Source of the DNA: Phoronis australis
Lineage: Eukaryota; Animalia; Phoronida
Direction: 5' to 3'
Assembly (NCBI GenBank): GCA_002633005.1
Contig: NMRA01000218.1
Coordinates: 1 to 64,000, forward strand
DNA length: 64,000 bases
The position numbers and the translations under genes were made by a program. The notes under the pieces are model-generated. The model did not search any database. It was not told the DNA's origin and was given only the letters and a program-made list of their open reading frames with translations. Positions 48,901 to 58,706 of this stretch are shown piece by piece (position 1 is the first letter of the stretch; every line of letters begins with the position of its first letter).

Positions 48901-51900
48901 GATGAGACCTGACGAAATTTTCAATGCTTGTTCAACACAGTGACATTTAGACAATTCCAAACAAAGAAACATGCAAAATGCTGATTAAGATAATCTGATG
49001 ACCTCGAGTTTACTCCAATTTCTCTTATTTGGATACATGACCTTTTGTGTTGACCTTCCGACACTATAAAAATACACCATGTAAAGTAAGCTAGCATCCC
49101 CAGAGGCAGGAGACATGAAGCCAGTCTTCTCACATACTTCCCTCTGCTAATTAGGTCGATACTAATTGGCTGTACAAAATAGAGGAAGGCTCCAATCCTC
49201 AATACATGAGTCATATAACACTGACAAAATTAGCTATTGTCAAGAACCTAATTGCTACCAACAGAACTTGCCTTGCAATGACAGCATCTAATTTCTAGAT
49301 AACAAGGGAATTAGAAAAATCCTTAAAGGATAACCATTGCAACATGAGGGTAGAGAATGAATACAGCCTCGATCCCATATGCTCTCCAGATGTTTATGGG
49401 TTAATGCTTAAACAGAGGAAGAAGATTGATCAAAACACTGTACTCAGAAAAATATGGGTTTTCACTTCCCTATGACAAAAACCTAACAAACCAAATTAGG
49501 AAAAGAAAACAACACCTTTCTAATTGATGTGGTCAACCTCAAGCCATTACAAAATGATGTCAAGAACAATGTAGAGCAATGATGCAGCCCATGTCTCCAC
49601 CACAAGCGACAAAGATATAAGGGGTACTACTTCATTCCTCAGCTGAAACACATAATATATGTTGAAATTCATGAGGGTTCATAACGGAACTTGCTAGATA
49701 TTGGAGTAGCTACAAAAGGGTAAAATTGTCACTAGAGGGAGCCATAGTAGGATCTGTCCAAAAACCAGCGGCAGCTGTTCTGCCTTCAACAGTTTTTATA
49801 AGATCAGCTAAGTCATATTTCATTAAAGATACAGTAAAAAACTTAGTAGACATGTACCATAGTCAGCTGCAAGAAAAACTAAGATTGAAACTGACCCAAA
49901 ATAATGCCGGCCACTACCCTCCTCAATAACACCCAAAAATAATGCCGACCAGTACTCTCCTCAATAACACCCAAAATAATGCTGGCCAGTACCCTCCTCA
50001 ATAACACCCAAAATAATGCCAACCAGTACCCTTCTCAATAACAACACAACTGTCAACTTCTATGGTCACATCAAGTGGTTTGGATGATAGTAAGCTGGAC
50101 ATCAAACAATAAAATTTAATTAAAAATGACCACAAGAGGGTGCAAAACAGGTACAATGATTCTGAAACCAGGCACTTCAGACATAAGGCTGGTCACTGTG
50201 TGAGTGCATAATAAAGGACTAATTTCGGATTTCAATCAATATCTTCATAATGCATACACTTGGACAAATAACCATCTAACATCCTTCCACCTTTGACCCC
50301 TCATGAAGACTGCTTACAGTTGCAACATTCACTGACCACTACTGGAGATAATTGTATGTGCAATTAGTGGTTTCTTACTAAACCACTAGGTACTAAGGTG
50401 TCTTTTCATTTTGCAAGCAGTTACATGCTTCAACAGCAGATGATTCAACTAATCAATGTCAAGGGTTCACAATCTTTTCCTCAATCTCAGATTCTGTTAA
50501 GCCAGGGAATGACCATGTGATAGGTGACCATAAGAAGTACAAAGACTGAAACAAACAGTTTGTAAGTCATGTTCTACTGAGCAGGAAAGGTTAATGAAAG
50601 TTAGGTAGGACCTTATCATCAAATCTTGGCATTTACCAAAACTTCTACAAAACTTCGGAATAGAAAGTATGTATTTTCTGACCATAGAAAGTCTATAGAA
50701 CTTGATTTTTTACTTCATACCAATTTGCCATTGTGGGGTCATGGGACCATGTCTTTCTAGTAAAATTAATAAATAAATTATCACAAGAAATTCCAAGATC
50801 GTTTAATTAGTTCAATAATCAACTTGTGCGAAATACATCTGTGTAAACTTTTGTTAAATCTTCTTCAGTCATTTTAATAATAATAAACAGACAAGGAACA
50901 TCTTACTGAAAACTAAAATGGCCACCAGGGAGAGCTGAAGTAGTCACATCCTCCCAAAAATGCGGTGTTTCCAGCAACAACGTGAATGAATTGAATGACA
51001 GAGTTAAGTCAAGTGTCATTCCTCACAGAGAGGTCAACATTGCCATAGAAACTAACAACATATTAAAGGGGACAATTAGTTCACTGACAATAATCTATAC
51101 AGGTGTTAATAGGGTCAATTATTATGTCACTAATGCAGACAACTTGTTAAAGGATTTGGGTTCTTACCACTCTGGGCTTCAGCCACAATCTTGAACTAAC
51201 AAAGAGCTCACAGAGAAACTGCCATACAAGCAGTCTATCTTTTAATGCATTGCACAGTAAAACCTAATTATTTTGGACAACAAAACTTGAAGAAAGGTGA
51301 AGAGATTTGACCATTTGTGATATCAAAAAAAATCTTACAAAAGCATTAGTATCTTTCGAAGCTTTAATTTAAAGATAGCCTCCAGTGACCAAAACAATGT
51401 ACGGTAAAGTCGCGTGATTTTCGGACGGCCCGCCATTTTCGACCAAGAATAAATATTTCCGAAATGAGATTTTCATAGTCCACGAAATTCGTACACGATC
51501 CAAAAACTGTTTTTCAAAGATCCTCGAATTTCAGACATTGTCATAAACATCGCAATTTTGTCCCGCGACTTTCGGACAAGGAAAATTTTAGAAACGGTAA
51601 TTTGGGATCGACGCAACTCCCGTGTCACAAAAACGTTCAACGGATGATTTCTACTGTATAAGGCTTGAGTCCGAGAATCGGTATAACGGGTTTGTAATTT
51701 TTACTTTGTCTTGACGATTATCTTGCGTTTAGCTTGTGTTTGGCGCTTTAGCTATGAAAAGAATCACCGAGTTCCGCATAACGAAAATTTCTGATGAAAA
51801 TACAAATAGGAAATACACCGAAGGCTGCAACTTTTCGTTGTAGCGTAACATGTGCTCTGGTTTAAATAGGCCGTGCTGTTCGACTCGAGACTGTGACAGT

Positions 51901-54900
51901 GAACATGCACGCCTGACACCAACTTGCGTGTTTACGAAACGTTTTTATTTTAAAACGTCCTGGCCTTTGCAAATGCCCAACTATCGCCGGACAATAAGTT
52001 TTGCTGCCACTTACCTGCATCCCGGCGAATGATTGAAATCTTCGTGCAGCCGTTCTGGGCTTGCTTCATAATTTTGAATGTGAGTTAGCAAGGAATGAGC
52101 CACCACTGACTAACATTCAGACGTGCTTCTGACAACGCAATTTTTGGGTTGAAACGAAAATTTTTCATTAAAAATCTGTTTGCAGTTCAATCGTCTTTCG
52201 TTTTTCAGTGCCTTCTTGGTAGTGCTCATTCGTGTAATGTGTTAAGCAGTGTAAGGCCCAGAACTCAGAACGGCGTGCTGGCGCAGTGCCGCACACGGGA
52301 CACTGCATCCCTGCCTTATGTTGTGTAAGTGCCTGTACTATAACACATATCAAAAACTAATATACACCCACGTAACCACGCTTCACTACCCTTACAAATT
52401 CTCTATCTCTGATAACTTTGAAGAATCACAGATGCAAGAATCTCGCTAAAGAAGCTAGTGTGATCGTGTACTTCGCTTGCAATACTTGACCATAGGTCTC
52501 GAAGTCTTCAGACTAGCGTGCTCGTGAGATTCTCACCCTTGCGGCCCTGGACGAAGACTGGGGTAGAGTTCAGTAGCTGTCTTGGGAATAGAAAAATCTA
52601 GCCAAAATCACGTTTTCAACTGAAAATACACAATATGTCACGTAATTTCATGAATTCTTGCTTTTTAGTGAAGTCCTAGCGTTACGAGCTTTACCCCTAT
52701 GTAGACCTAAAAAAGATTGAATATGCGGCGACCTAATTTTGCTTGCTCATCCACTGGTCTGTGTACTTGTGGTCTTGTTAATTTCACGCCTTGTACCGTC
52801 TGAGGTACAACACCCTGGACCCCATGGTGTCCCGAGATTAAAATGAATCCCGACAACTGAGGACACCGGGACATGGGCGGCGCACCATAGGGGACTGGGG
52901 GGCTATAACCTCCCACTTTTTTCAGTGCTACGCCACGCATGGTCAATAGGCGATGCACCACACGGGTCTGAGGGGGCTTTAGCCCCCAACTTTTTTCAGT
53001 GCTGCGCCGCCCAAGCGGTACCCTGTGGCACTCGATGTCCGTCTGCGGCGACCGTAAGAAAATCCTCCAATCATTTCGAAAAATGGTAAGTCAGTTGAAT
53101 CAGATTTGATAGTTGTTGCTTCTTGCGGTCCTAGGGGTAGGCTAACAAGAATACAGGACCTGCAGTCCGACGCACCGAGCCTGGGACCTTATAGGTGTTT
53201 CCGACCTGGAGTTCCATATCTACTTTCCACTGACAGGGCCTGGTCTTCTTGTCCATGTCACCGCCTTCAGTTGATAGTTTTGAGACAAAAAGAAACATGA
53301 TCTTAAACTACAGACCATGCTTTTTGTATTACTTAAGATAGTTTTAGAGGCATTTCAGCTGTAAGTGTGCTTAATTGTGTTTGATTCGAAAGAGATGACT
53401 GTTACATTGCTAATTATTATTGTTCTATTTTTACCCCAGGTGATGCCTTACTTGCAGCAAGGGTAAATAATTTTGGAAAGTATTACCAGCGATTTCCGTA
53501 TATATGTTCGGGAAACCAAACGTCTATGTAAAAATACACTAGGGCCTATACTCGGCAATGTCGAATACACGAACACAGCATAAATACTGTATCTCACCCT
53601 AATTATATTCTAGTGGGAATAGCATTATTTTCAGATTTCAAGCATGTATTTTTATTCTCAGATATGCATCCAGGTATATTTTAGGGAAAAAATTTAAGAT
53701 ACGCAAATTGGGCATATATTCTGCTGGACTTACGTACATACGAAAATCTATGGTGGATCTTCTTAAACCTGTAAACCATGAAAATTTCATTGAGACAGTT
53801 TTGTTCTACTAACATGTTCAACTAACATTGATTCCGTTCATGCAAGTCGGTCAGTACGTTCGCGTTTAAGGCGTTATTGCAACAGGTTAGTGTTGTTTTG
53901 ATTTTGTTTGGTGTTTCCATGTTTTATTTTGTTATGTATTCCCCTCTTCAGATAGTCACTGTTATTCTTCAACAATATTTCTGTACTTACAATGAGACTT
54001 CAGTTAACTCACAACTGATCATACTTTAAATTTTAGCATTCATTGTAAGTGTGTGACGTCCATCAGCAGATACCTGTAGGAAGAACTATTTTCCGTAACT
54101 GTAGCAAATATATGACGCAATGAAATGAAAACGGTCGACATAGATGAATTGTAATTGGTTAAGTGTACATTAAGGAAGAAAATTAAGTATATAAATAGTT
54201 CTTAAACTGCGTCCTTGATGAGTTCACGCTGTCCAATGAGTTCACGCTGTCCCAATGTTTTCGTTTTTCTTTTCAGGTCGTCTCTAGTCTATTCTTCTAA
54301 CAGTCGTGATCTGCCCAGTAGCCTATTGTATCAACGTGCGCAAGAACAGTCTTGGCAGGGGGGGGGGTGCACCTAGCAGACTCTCGTAGAATTAGTGGCT
54401 CAAAATCGACATTGGTGTGCAGCAGGAGGCTGGTGGAAAATTAGTAGTGACTGAGGGAGACTGAGCTGCACGAAACTGGTGACGACCCCAGAAGAAACGG
54501 CCCTGTTGTCTTCCACGCAGATTATCAGAAAATGTTAATGTTTCATTTCATCCACAAACCGATTTCACAAGTCAGAGTTTTCACTGTGGTTAAAAACGTA
54601 AGCGAACCCATATGTGTTAGGTCACCTCAGTTGCATGAAGATGCGCCTGTGTATCACTTAGTAACATCGGGCGTTTCAAAGGCTGTGGATGAGAAAGGTT
54701 TTAATTGTAAAAAACTGTTGGGTGAATTTGACGTTGGTAGCATTTGAAATTGCATTTGCTTTCTAGACAACGCCCTTATATATACAATATGTTAGTTAAT
54801 CGTGTCTTCAGCCGCGCAGCACTGTACTAGTAGACGCATTCCCATAGTTTGCAGTAGGCCTAAACATATGTAGAACGACAGCGCTTCCTCATCAATTCAA

Positions 54901-57900
54901 TGACTACCAGAACGACAAATGGGGATCACGAGTCGATGAGAAACTACTCATTTTACTATCGTGATTGTCTTTGTAATCTATTTTAGATTATTGTTCATTT
55001 GAAGTTTTCATGCTGAAACTGAGCTTTTAGGTAATATGGAAATAAACGTGTCAGAGTTAACTTGCGTTACGGTTTGTAACCAGCAGACAATGCATGGATA
55101 CGTTGAACAAACATAAATATGTACTATGCTCTGGTCATTGTTCATCACTTTCTTCACTGAAATCGTTCCCACATCCATTACTGTTACGTTTAATGCAAAA
55201 TTCGTTAAAATTGAGAAAGCGCATGTTTTGATGGTCGGAAACCCTCTTTGTGCGTCGAATACACAAGTCCAGCTTTTTATTGGGAAACCATATTAAAAAA
55301 GCGCCTATCGAGGCGCTCTTTGTGGGTTGACAGTGCAAACTTGACATTTTTTATTGAGAAAACGCATTTTTACAAAAGAGAATCAGTTGTCTGGAACGTT
55401 TTATGTGCGTCAACAACGCAAACCAGACCCACTCATTGGAAAGCCCATATTTGTCACCAGGAAGACTCCTTTTTCACAACGCAGCCGGCTATTTCAAGTG
55501 AGATAGCGCATTTTTGATAAGATTCCGTCACTTGCCGAGAACGGTTTTTGAGCATCGGCGAAGCAAGCTGAATATTTCATATTGAGAAAGGGCATCTTTG
55601 AAAAGAAGAACCAACACTTGTCGGGAAAGGTATTTATGCGTTGACAACGCACATTTCTTATTGGGAAAGCCAGATTTTTAAAAATTAATCGCACAGACCG
55701 GTTGAGTCTTATTGACCTGCAATTATGCTGCTATCAAATGACCGAGCCAGCAATGTTTGATACTACGACCGCTCATCGAAATAATGTACACCCACGAAAT
55801 TGGGACACTAGCCGAAACCCAAATTTGGAGGGCCGCCAAATTCGGACACCACAGAAATGATGTTTCGCGAGATTCGTCCAAGAATGAATTTTTTCTATTG
55901 GAATTAATTTTCAGTGTCCGAAAATCACGCGACTTTACCGTATTGACACCGGAAATACAAGAATTTTTGAATAAATATTGTTTTTGTTTGTAAATTATAC
56001 CGCCCATAATTCAAAGCCCCTTCAAGCGCCCTAGAGATATTCTCAATCAATCAACGTAAGGTGGTATATATGACATCATCGTTCCAACAAAATTTTCCCC
56101 GAAGCCTCACTGCGCAACAGCCGAGTGTCGTTTCTTGGACTGCATTCATCGGTCTCTGAGCTAAAATGCCACGTTGCGTGGTGTACGGGGGCAGCAACAT
56201 AAGCAGGAATGGCACACATGTATATAACTTCCCAGCCGATCTAGTCATGTGTTGTGTGTAGAATAGATTTGTATCCAAAAGTCTACAGCCAGCAAGATTT
56301 GTTCTAGCCTTGATGCAAAGTTACGTGACGATGTGGGTAAAAAAACTGACCAAAGTTACCATACGGTAATTACCAAGAGCAACGCAGATCGTTGAAATGC
56401 GCCACAAACGGTGTGGTTCTAGAGTTCTTTACTTGTATCATAAAAATGACCACTAGATGGTGAAAAACGTCCAATCCATCTGCAAATGGAACATGCTATC
56501 CCTTCTTCAATAGAAAGCCAGTTACAAAATTTCATAAAAATCTGACAAAGAACTTCAGAGCAACAAAACAAAACAAAACAGAAAAAAATGAAACTGCCAC
56601 AAGGGGCACAGTGTCCACCTGAAACATCGTGTGTCTTTTAATTATGTCGCTAGGTCAGTTACTGTATCTATGTTCAGTTGAGAGTAGAGTTTTGTTCAGA
56701 AAGTATGAACGCAACGGAATAAAGACCGTGAACAATGAAAAGTGTCGTGCATTTAACAAATTCTGTATAACAGAAAACTTGCTCCCGAAGTACAGTCAGC
56801 TTGATAGGAACGCATCTGCCAAATCTCATCAGGATCCTGTGAGGGGTTTAGAAGATACAGATGCGGACAGCAGACGCCCGGACGCCCAGACAGAGATGAC
56901 AGCGATATGCGACCAAATATAAATATGTGGGCGCATAAAAACTACATTCTTCCTTGACTAAACTACCAGTGTTGAAAAAACTGACATACTGCCTGCTGCT
57001 AAAACTGTGGTGCAGTCTTTTGCGTTGGTTTTCGGCACCATGAAATATTACATCACCTATTGGCCAGTTTCTTTTTTCCCGATTTTTCAATCAACTGTTC
57101 TTCTCTTCCACAATGTTGCATAAACGTAACAACAAATTATCGGAACTGGTTTCATTCCGTTACAAGATTTTAGTATTTTAATACCAGGTTACTGAATTTC
57201 AGATTTTGCAGCTGTAAAGTTGTAATCGTCTCCCGAGAGATGTCGCAAAATTTTAGGAAATAACACAAATCTACTGTTTTAAAAATGACGAAAGACTTTC
57301 TTTGTTACAAAAGGCAGAGAATTAAGCAAGAAAATGATGTGAATTAGATTGTTTCTCATTTAAACGGCTGCAACAGGCAAGGTGAGTGTTGGTTGACTCT
57401 GGCATTTTGGATGCACCCCCACCGGTCATCGGCTCTACATGTTGATATAAGTTTCACGAGGTGATGAGCAGCACTACCCAGGATGAGTGAAATTTCCGGA
57501 TCTAACACACATTATTACCTAGCTGCATTTTGACGATAGTCTTCATACACTAGCTGGCTGGCTACAAGATCTGCACTAAGTGTGCATTTTGACGTTTCAT
57601 GTTATGATGGAGGCACGGTGAAAACCAAATTCATTGTGTCGATGACGTCATAGGCTTCGATTGGTGCGAGCACCATCTCAATTTTTTTGACATTAAATGG
57701 GGTTCGTGATGGGGCTGCTGTATTGTAAAAGGCCTACTTAATTAACGGCTAGGGTATGCTATGACACCGTATGTTGATGTTTTTCGTTAATACATTTATT
57801 TTAGATAGATGCCCTTTCAATCATCAATGAAAAGTTTTTGTTTTCTCAAGCACTAAAACATCGAAAGAACACTCGTTTCAAACAAAAGATATTTTCTTTA

Positions 57901-58706
57901 ATTGAAAAAATTTTACTGTTCAACCATGAAATTTTAAATGAGCTTCAGCAGTTTTCATTCTTTTCTTTAATGCAAAATGTAAGGTTTTAAACGTGTATAT
58001 TTTAAGCCATTTGCGTCTCCACTTCGTGAATGTTCAGTTGATTTCTAAGACAGGGTGTAAAAATATACTTCGAGACACTTCCTTACACTAGGATTACATG
58101 AGAGATGAACGCTAGCAACTTTGCTAGGTCAAAACGCCAGCAGTATCACAGGCAAGTGTTTCGGCCACAAAGACAACTTATTCTCGGAGGGGTCATTTTC
58201 ACCAGTAGTTAGTTTGTTTCCTCACCATCCAAGTCACTTTTAAGTAAAAACTGATGTCAAAACTCTTTCACTCTCTGCCAAGAATTGATGGGCGATGACA
58301 AAAATCCTCTTACCGCTATGAATGTGTGACCTTTGATATTAAGCGGTCAAGCTACAAAAGTACTCTAGCAAAAAACGCCAGTCATTTTTTTGGGGCAAGT
58401 CAACCGGTCAGCTAAGTGCAACCAAAGTGACTTTTGTAACAGTTCACTTGACAGGTGTTCTGATACAAGCAAACTGGTGAAAACATTAGCATTTTAGTTT
58501 GTGAACTGGGAATTTGACACTGACTCATAATGACACATTCATTTAGAAGTTTGTTTTAGAGATATCCAACTATCTTTTGAAGTCGGTCAAGTTTAGTTTT
58601 ACCACAACAGCAAATGGCAGCACACTATACTTACAGTTTCTGCAGTGATGAATACTGCGACAGCGCCTCCTTTGGTACAGAAGAGATGCCATTGTCACTC
58701 AAGTCA
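10430..58706 (-). CDS. ADGRA3: Adhesion GPCR of the ADGRA family (GPR125/GPR124-like), 5'-partial, 19 exons: complement(join(10430..12947,13575..13760,15260..15445,16245..16402,26976..27079,28307..28411,29705..29882,30940..31183,31951..32045,32813..32962,35152..35270,35770..35921,36265..36562,37859..38022,38489..38560,39440..39511,40560..40631,42061..42132,58635..58706))
   Basis: 5017 nt in one open frame with every intron GT-AG and in phase. Domain order LRR x5, LRRCT (LVCDCHLKW), Ig (QVVFQGDKMPFECRAS..YTGVWKC), HormR (NKGVFNWPKT), GAIN/GPS, 7TM (CFLAWEPSLGAFYGP) and C-terminal KHETSV is diagnostic of ADGRA2/3. Probably the single pre-duplication orthologue, so the symbol is approximate. Confidence 0.93.
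13575..13760 (-). CDS. ADGRA3: ADGRA exon: ICL2-TM4 (PPPKPVLGFYFLSYGVPVIICGITVAV)
   Basis: ttttag| ... |gtaagt; phase 2-2. Confidence 0.93.
15260..15445 (-). CDS. ADGRA3: ADGRA exon: TM2-TM3 (KHSLINICL..VGIGLHYFSISALFWITV)
   Basis: tttcag| ... |gtaggt; phase 2-2. Confidence 0.93.
15741..15886. mobile_element. Dimeric short TIR element (hAT-like MITE, 2 x ~70 bp)
   Basis: Units bounded by catgggcggcgca-like and tgcgccgcccatg TIRs with a ggggct..gcccc core; a homologous dimer lies at 52872..53015. Confidence 0.65.
16245..16402 (-). CDS. ADGRA3: ADGRA exon: post-GPS linker and TM1 (DEVRPTP..LLQPVMYAGSGICILCLAATMLTYV)
   Basis: Not in the ORF track; tttcag| ... |gtaagt; phase 0-2; hydrophobic TM1. 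Confidence 0.9.
18983..19384. mobile_element. MITE (~400 bp) with TIRs and internal caagtt/aacttg repeats, possibly PIF/Harbinger-type
   Basis: Left agccccattcacaca..acccttgaacaacttgc versus right aacttgttctagggtaag..tgtgtggacagcgct; inverted homologue at 42179..42514; end fragment near 17994. Confidence 0.7.
20911..21410. mobile_element. MITE (~500 bp), TTAA-flanked with GG termini, Kolobok-like
   Basis: TIR ggttgtgtaggacctta / tagggtcttacataac; inverted copy at 42806..43308; end fragments near 50600 and 60606. Confidence 0.6.
25403..25485. other. Assembly gap (N run)
   Basis: Run of N. Confidence 1.
25486..25810 (-). mobile_element. HINE-like fragment (second family)
   Basis: aaatggccgcc/gccatttt motifs, caaatttcatgaaaatcgg, and poly-A followed by agagcaacatacttg, shared with 45100..45180. 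Confidence 0.55.
26440..26510 (+). mobile_element. Degenerate tRNA-like (SINE head) sequence
   Basis: A-box-like TGGTGTAGTGG and B-box-like GAGTTCGAGTC; no intact cloverleaf. Confidence 0.4.
26976..27079 (-). CDS. ADGRA3: ADGRA exon: GPS motif (DGKGDWSTQGCKIVTQFGNKSVAHCNHLTNFAILQ)
   Basis: ttgttag| ... CAG|gtaagt; W-x-x-x-G-C and C-x-H-L-T-x-F GPS consensus. Confidence 0.93.
28307..28411 (-). CDS. ADGRA3: ADGRA exon: GAIN B (SESPVSNLSDPVIVSL..SVFWDY)
   Basis: cttcag| ... |gtaggt; phase 1-1; NLSDPV motif. Confidence 0.9.
28963..29336. other. Assembly gap bordered by (GGGA)n/(GA)n microsatellite
   Basis: N run followed by gggagggagggag..gagagaga. Confidence 1.
29705..29882 (-). CDS. ADGRA3: ADGRA exon: GAIN (GLAGLIDIP..LFILYKNSNLFP..VSSSVISCKV)
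   Basis: ttgcag| ... |gtaagt; phase 0-1. Confidence 0.9.
30043..30265. mobile_element. Kolobok-like MITE (223 bp) with TTAA TSD
   Basis: TTAA|agcggcattaaaccc ... gggtttaacgtcact|TTAA. Confidence 0.65.
30940..31183 (-). CDS. ADGRA3: ADGRA exon: GAIN (RMTRLLERV..ANNIALEG..FRGMAC)
   Basis: tttgtag| ... AAG|gtgggt; phase 2-0. Confidence 0.9.
31318..31645 (-). pseudogene. Decayed Tc1/mariner transposase C-terminus plus terminus (resembles the DD41D/rosa type)
   Basis: The - strand reads LDPLNIFL*GYLIE / KVCLEEP*TPSEVKGSIHREIVSVPADLL / VIFKH*, matching the mariner-type consensus LTPLDFFLWGYLK.KVY..P.T..ELK..I..EI..IP..ML..VIFK; TA|CAG terminus at 31316..31320. Confidence 0.65.
31951..32045 (-). 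CDS. ADGRA3: ADGRA exon: GAIN A (LSSLLYDVVSDMMEVDRDILYQSQVEDGACT)
   Basis: Not in the ORF track; gtatag| ... AG|gtgagc; phase 0-2. Confidence 0.9.
32813..32962 (-). CDS. ADGRA3: ADGRA exon: GAIN A (APLNVSNVLKMAQRLKTYI..DKIDLMYMSRILDRF)
   Basis: Not in the ORF track; tttttag| ... CAG|gtatag; phase 0-0, 150 nt. Confidence 0.9.
33860..34504 (-). mobile_element. Internal repeats of the HINE family seen at 4375 and 56374
   Basis: Repeated gccactaggtggtgc / aaatttcatgaaaat units; aattgccactagggggcac is the reverse complement of the sequence at 4571..4589. Confidence 0.6.
34552..34791 (+). mobile_element. tRNA-derived SINE (same family as 7871), inserted into a MITE
   Basis: Colinear with 7871..8107; TSD taagt(a/c)agaaatt; the joined flanks match the MITE end at 41669. 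Confidence 0.85.
35152..35270 (-). CDS. ADGRA3: ADGRA exon: HormR C-terminal half (ATYSCNIQGQWEELDMRKCQYISEVTRVL)
   Basis: ttgcag| ... |gtaaga; phase 1-0. Confidence 0.92.
35770..35921 (-). CDS. ADGRA3: ADGRA exon: end of Ig domain / HormR (CPSLTTRTNKGVFNWPKT..IPCP)
   Basis: ttgcag| ... |gtgagt; phase 2-1. Confidence 0.92.
36265..36562 (-). CDS. ADGRA3: ADGRA exon: Ig domain
   Basis: ctacag| ... |gtaagt; PIELPLFELKP..FECRAS..W..YTGVWKC..RGN. Confidence 0.93.
37859..38022 (-). CDS. ADGRA3: ADGRA exon: LRR C-terminal cap
   Basis: NLQSQYLVCDCHLKWIVRW..TTCSVP..LHC; ttacag| ... |gtatag. Confidence 0.93.
38489..38560 (-). CDS. ADGRA3: ADGRA LRR exon (DLAGNELKTVPEGTFKGLTNLKKL)
   Basis: 72 nt, phase 2-2, canonical splice sites. 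Confidence 0.92.
39440..39511 (-). CDS. ADGRA3: ADGRA LRR exon (LLPGNQIHSITSRDFLGVESLQSL)
   Basis: 72 nt, phase 2-2. Confidence 0.9.
40560..40631 (-). CDS. ADGRA3: ADGRA LRR exon (DLSNNKIGNINSTMFVGLTKLQKL)
   Basis: 72 nt, phase 2-2; resembles the ADGRA DLSNN.IG..N..MF.GL repeat. Confidence 0.93.
41669..41936. mobile_element. MITE (~265 bp), Harbinger-like (CWG flanks, GGGCC termini)
   Basis: ctggggcctgtttcatgaaa ... tttcatgaaacataccccag; related ends near 34505 and 37411. Confidence 0.7.
42061..42132 (-). CDS. ADGRA3: ADGRA LRR exon (NLSHNHITVVEEGAFLGLTNLVKL)
   Basis: 72 nt, phase 2-2. Confidence 0.93.
42179..42514. mobile_element. Inverted, one-end-truncated copy of the 18983..19384 MITE
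   Basis: gttactcctagaacgagttgtcgcta..cgctatttaaactagt is the reverse complement of ~19290..19352. Confidence 0.75.
42806..43308. mobile_element. Inverted copy of the 20911..21410 MITE
   Basis: ggttaagtaggacccta ... tgtcaataaggtcctacatgacc. Confidence 0.6.
45100..45180 (-). mobile_element. HINE-type terminus with hairpin
   Basis: Poly-A, agagcaacatacttg and perfect stem tacttggcgaaa..tttcgccaagta. Confidence 0.5.
45321..46077. mobile_element. MITE (~760 bp) with three internal ~125-140 bp tandem units
   Basis: TIR ggcctt(t)tcatact / agtatgaaaggcc; units starting ttttcatactgacttaactc at about 45326, 45466 and 45591. Confidence 0.75.
47042..48140. repeat. ~400-bp direct duplication (47042.. 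and 47738..) enclosing a 58-bp minisatellite (about 6 units, 47386..47736)
   Basis: Unit ctccatgggcttcactagacagccccctgaagtgctgccctcagccagcagtggtgat at 47386, 47444, 47502, 47560, 47618 and 47676; single N at 47737; the second copy has one unit. Confidence 0.95.
49894..50042. repeat. 37-bp tandem repeat x4
   Basis: acccaaaataatgccggccactaccctcctcaataac and variants. Confidence 0.92.
51402..55940. mobile_element. 4.5-kb non-autonomous Tc1/mariner-superfamily (pogo-like) DNA transposon
   Basis: Perfect 25-bp TIR cggtaaagtcgcgtgattttcggac / gtccgaaaatcacgcgactttaccg, TA on both sides, subterminal ttcggac motifs, CpG-rich ends, no transposase-length ORF. Confidence 0.85.
52872..53015. mobile_element. 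Dimeric short TIR element nested in the 4.5-kb transposon
   Basis: Homologous to 15741..15886; flanks cggga / cggta (possible 5-bp TSD, one mismatch). Confidence 0.65.
56166..56280 (+). pseudogene. Decayed THAP zinc-finger N-terminus (transposon relic)
   Basis: MPRCVVYGGSNISRNGTHVYNFPADLVMCCV*NRFV matches the THAP pattern M..C...C.N.....F.FP.D......W...V; second Cys changed to Gly, and Trp TGG to TAG at 56259. Confidence 0.7.
56374..56940 (-). mobile_element. HINE, inverted copy of the 4375..5432 family
   Basis: caagagcaacgc..cgttgaaatgcgccaca at the left; gacgcccggacgcccagac and atatgtgggcgcataaaa at the right. Confidence 0.75.
58635..58706 (-). CDS. ADGRA3: ADGRA first LRR exon in the window (DLSDNGISSVPKEALSQYSSLQKL)
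   Basis: 72 nt, ttttcag| ... |gtaagt, phase 2-2, 16.5 kb from the next exon; not in the ORF track. Confidence 0.85.
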
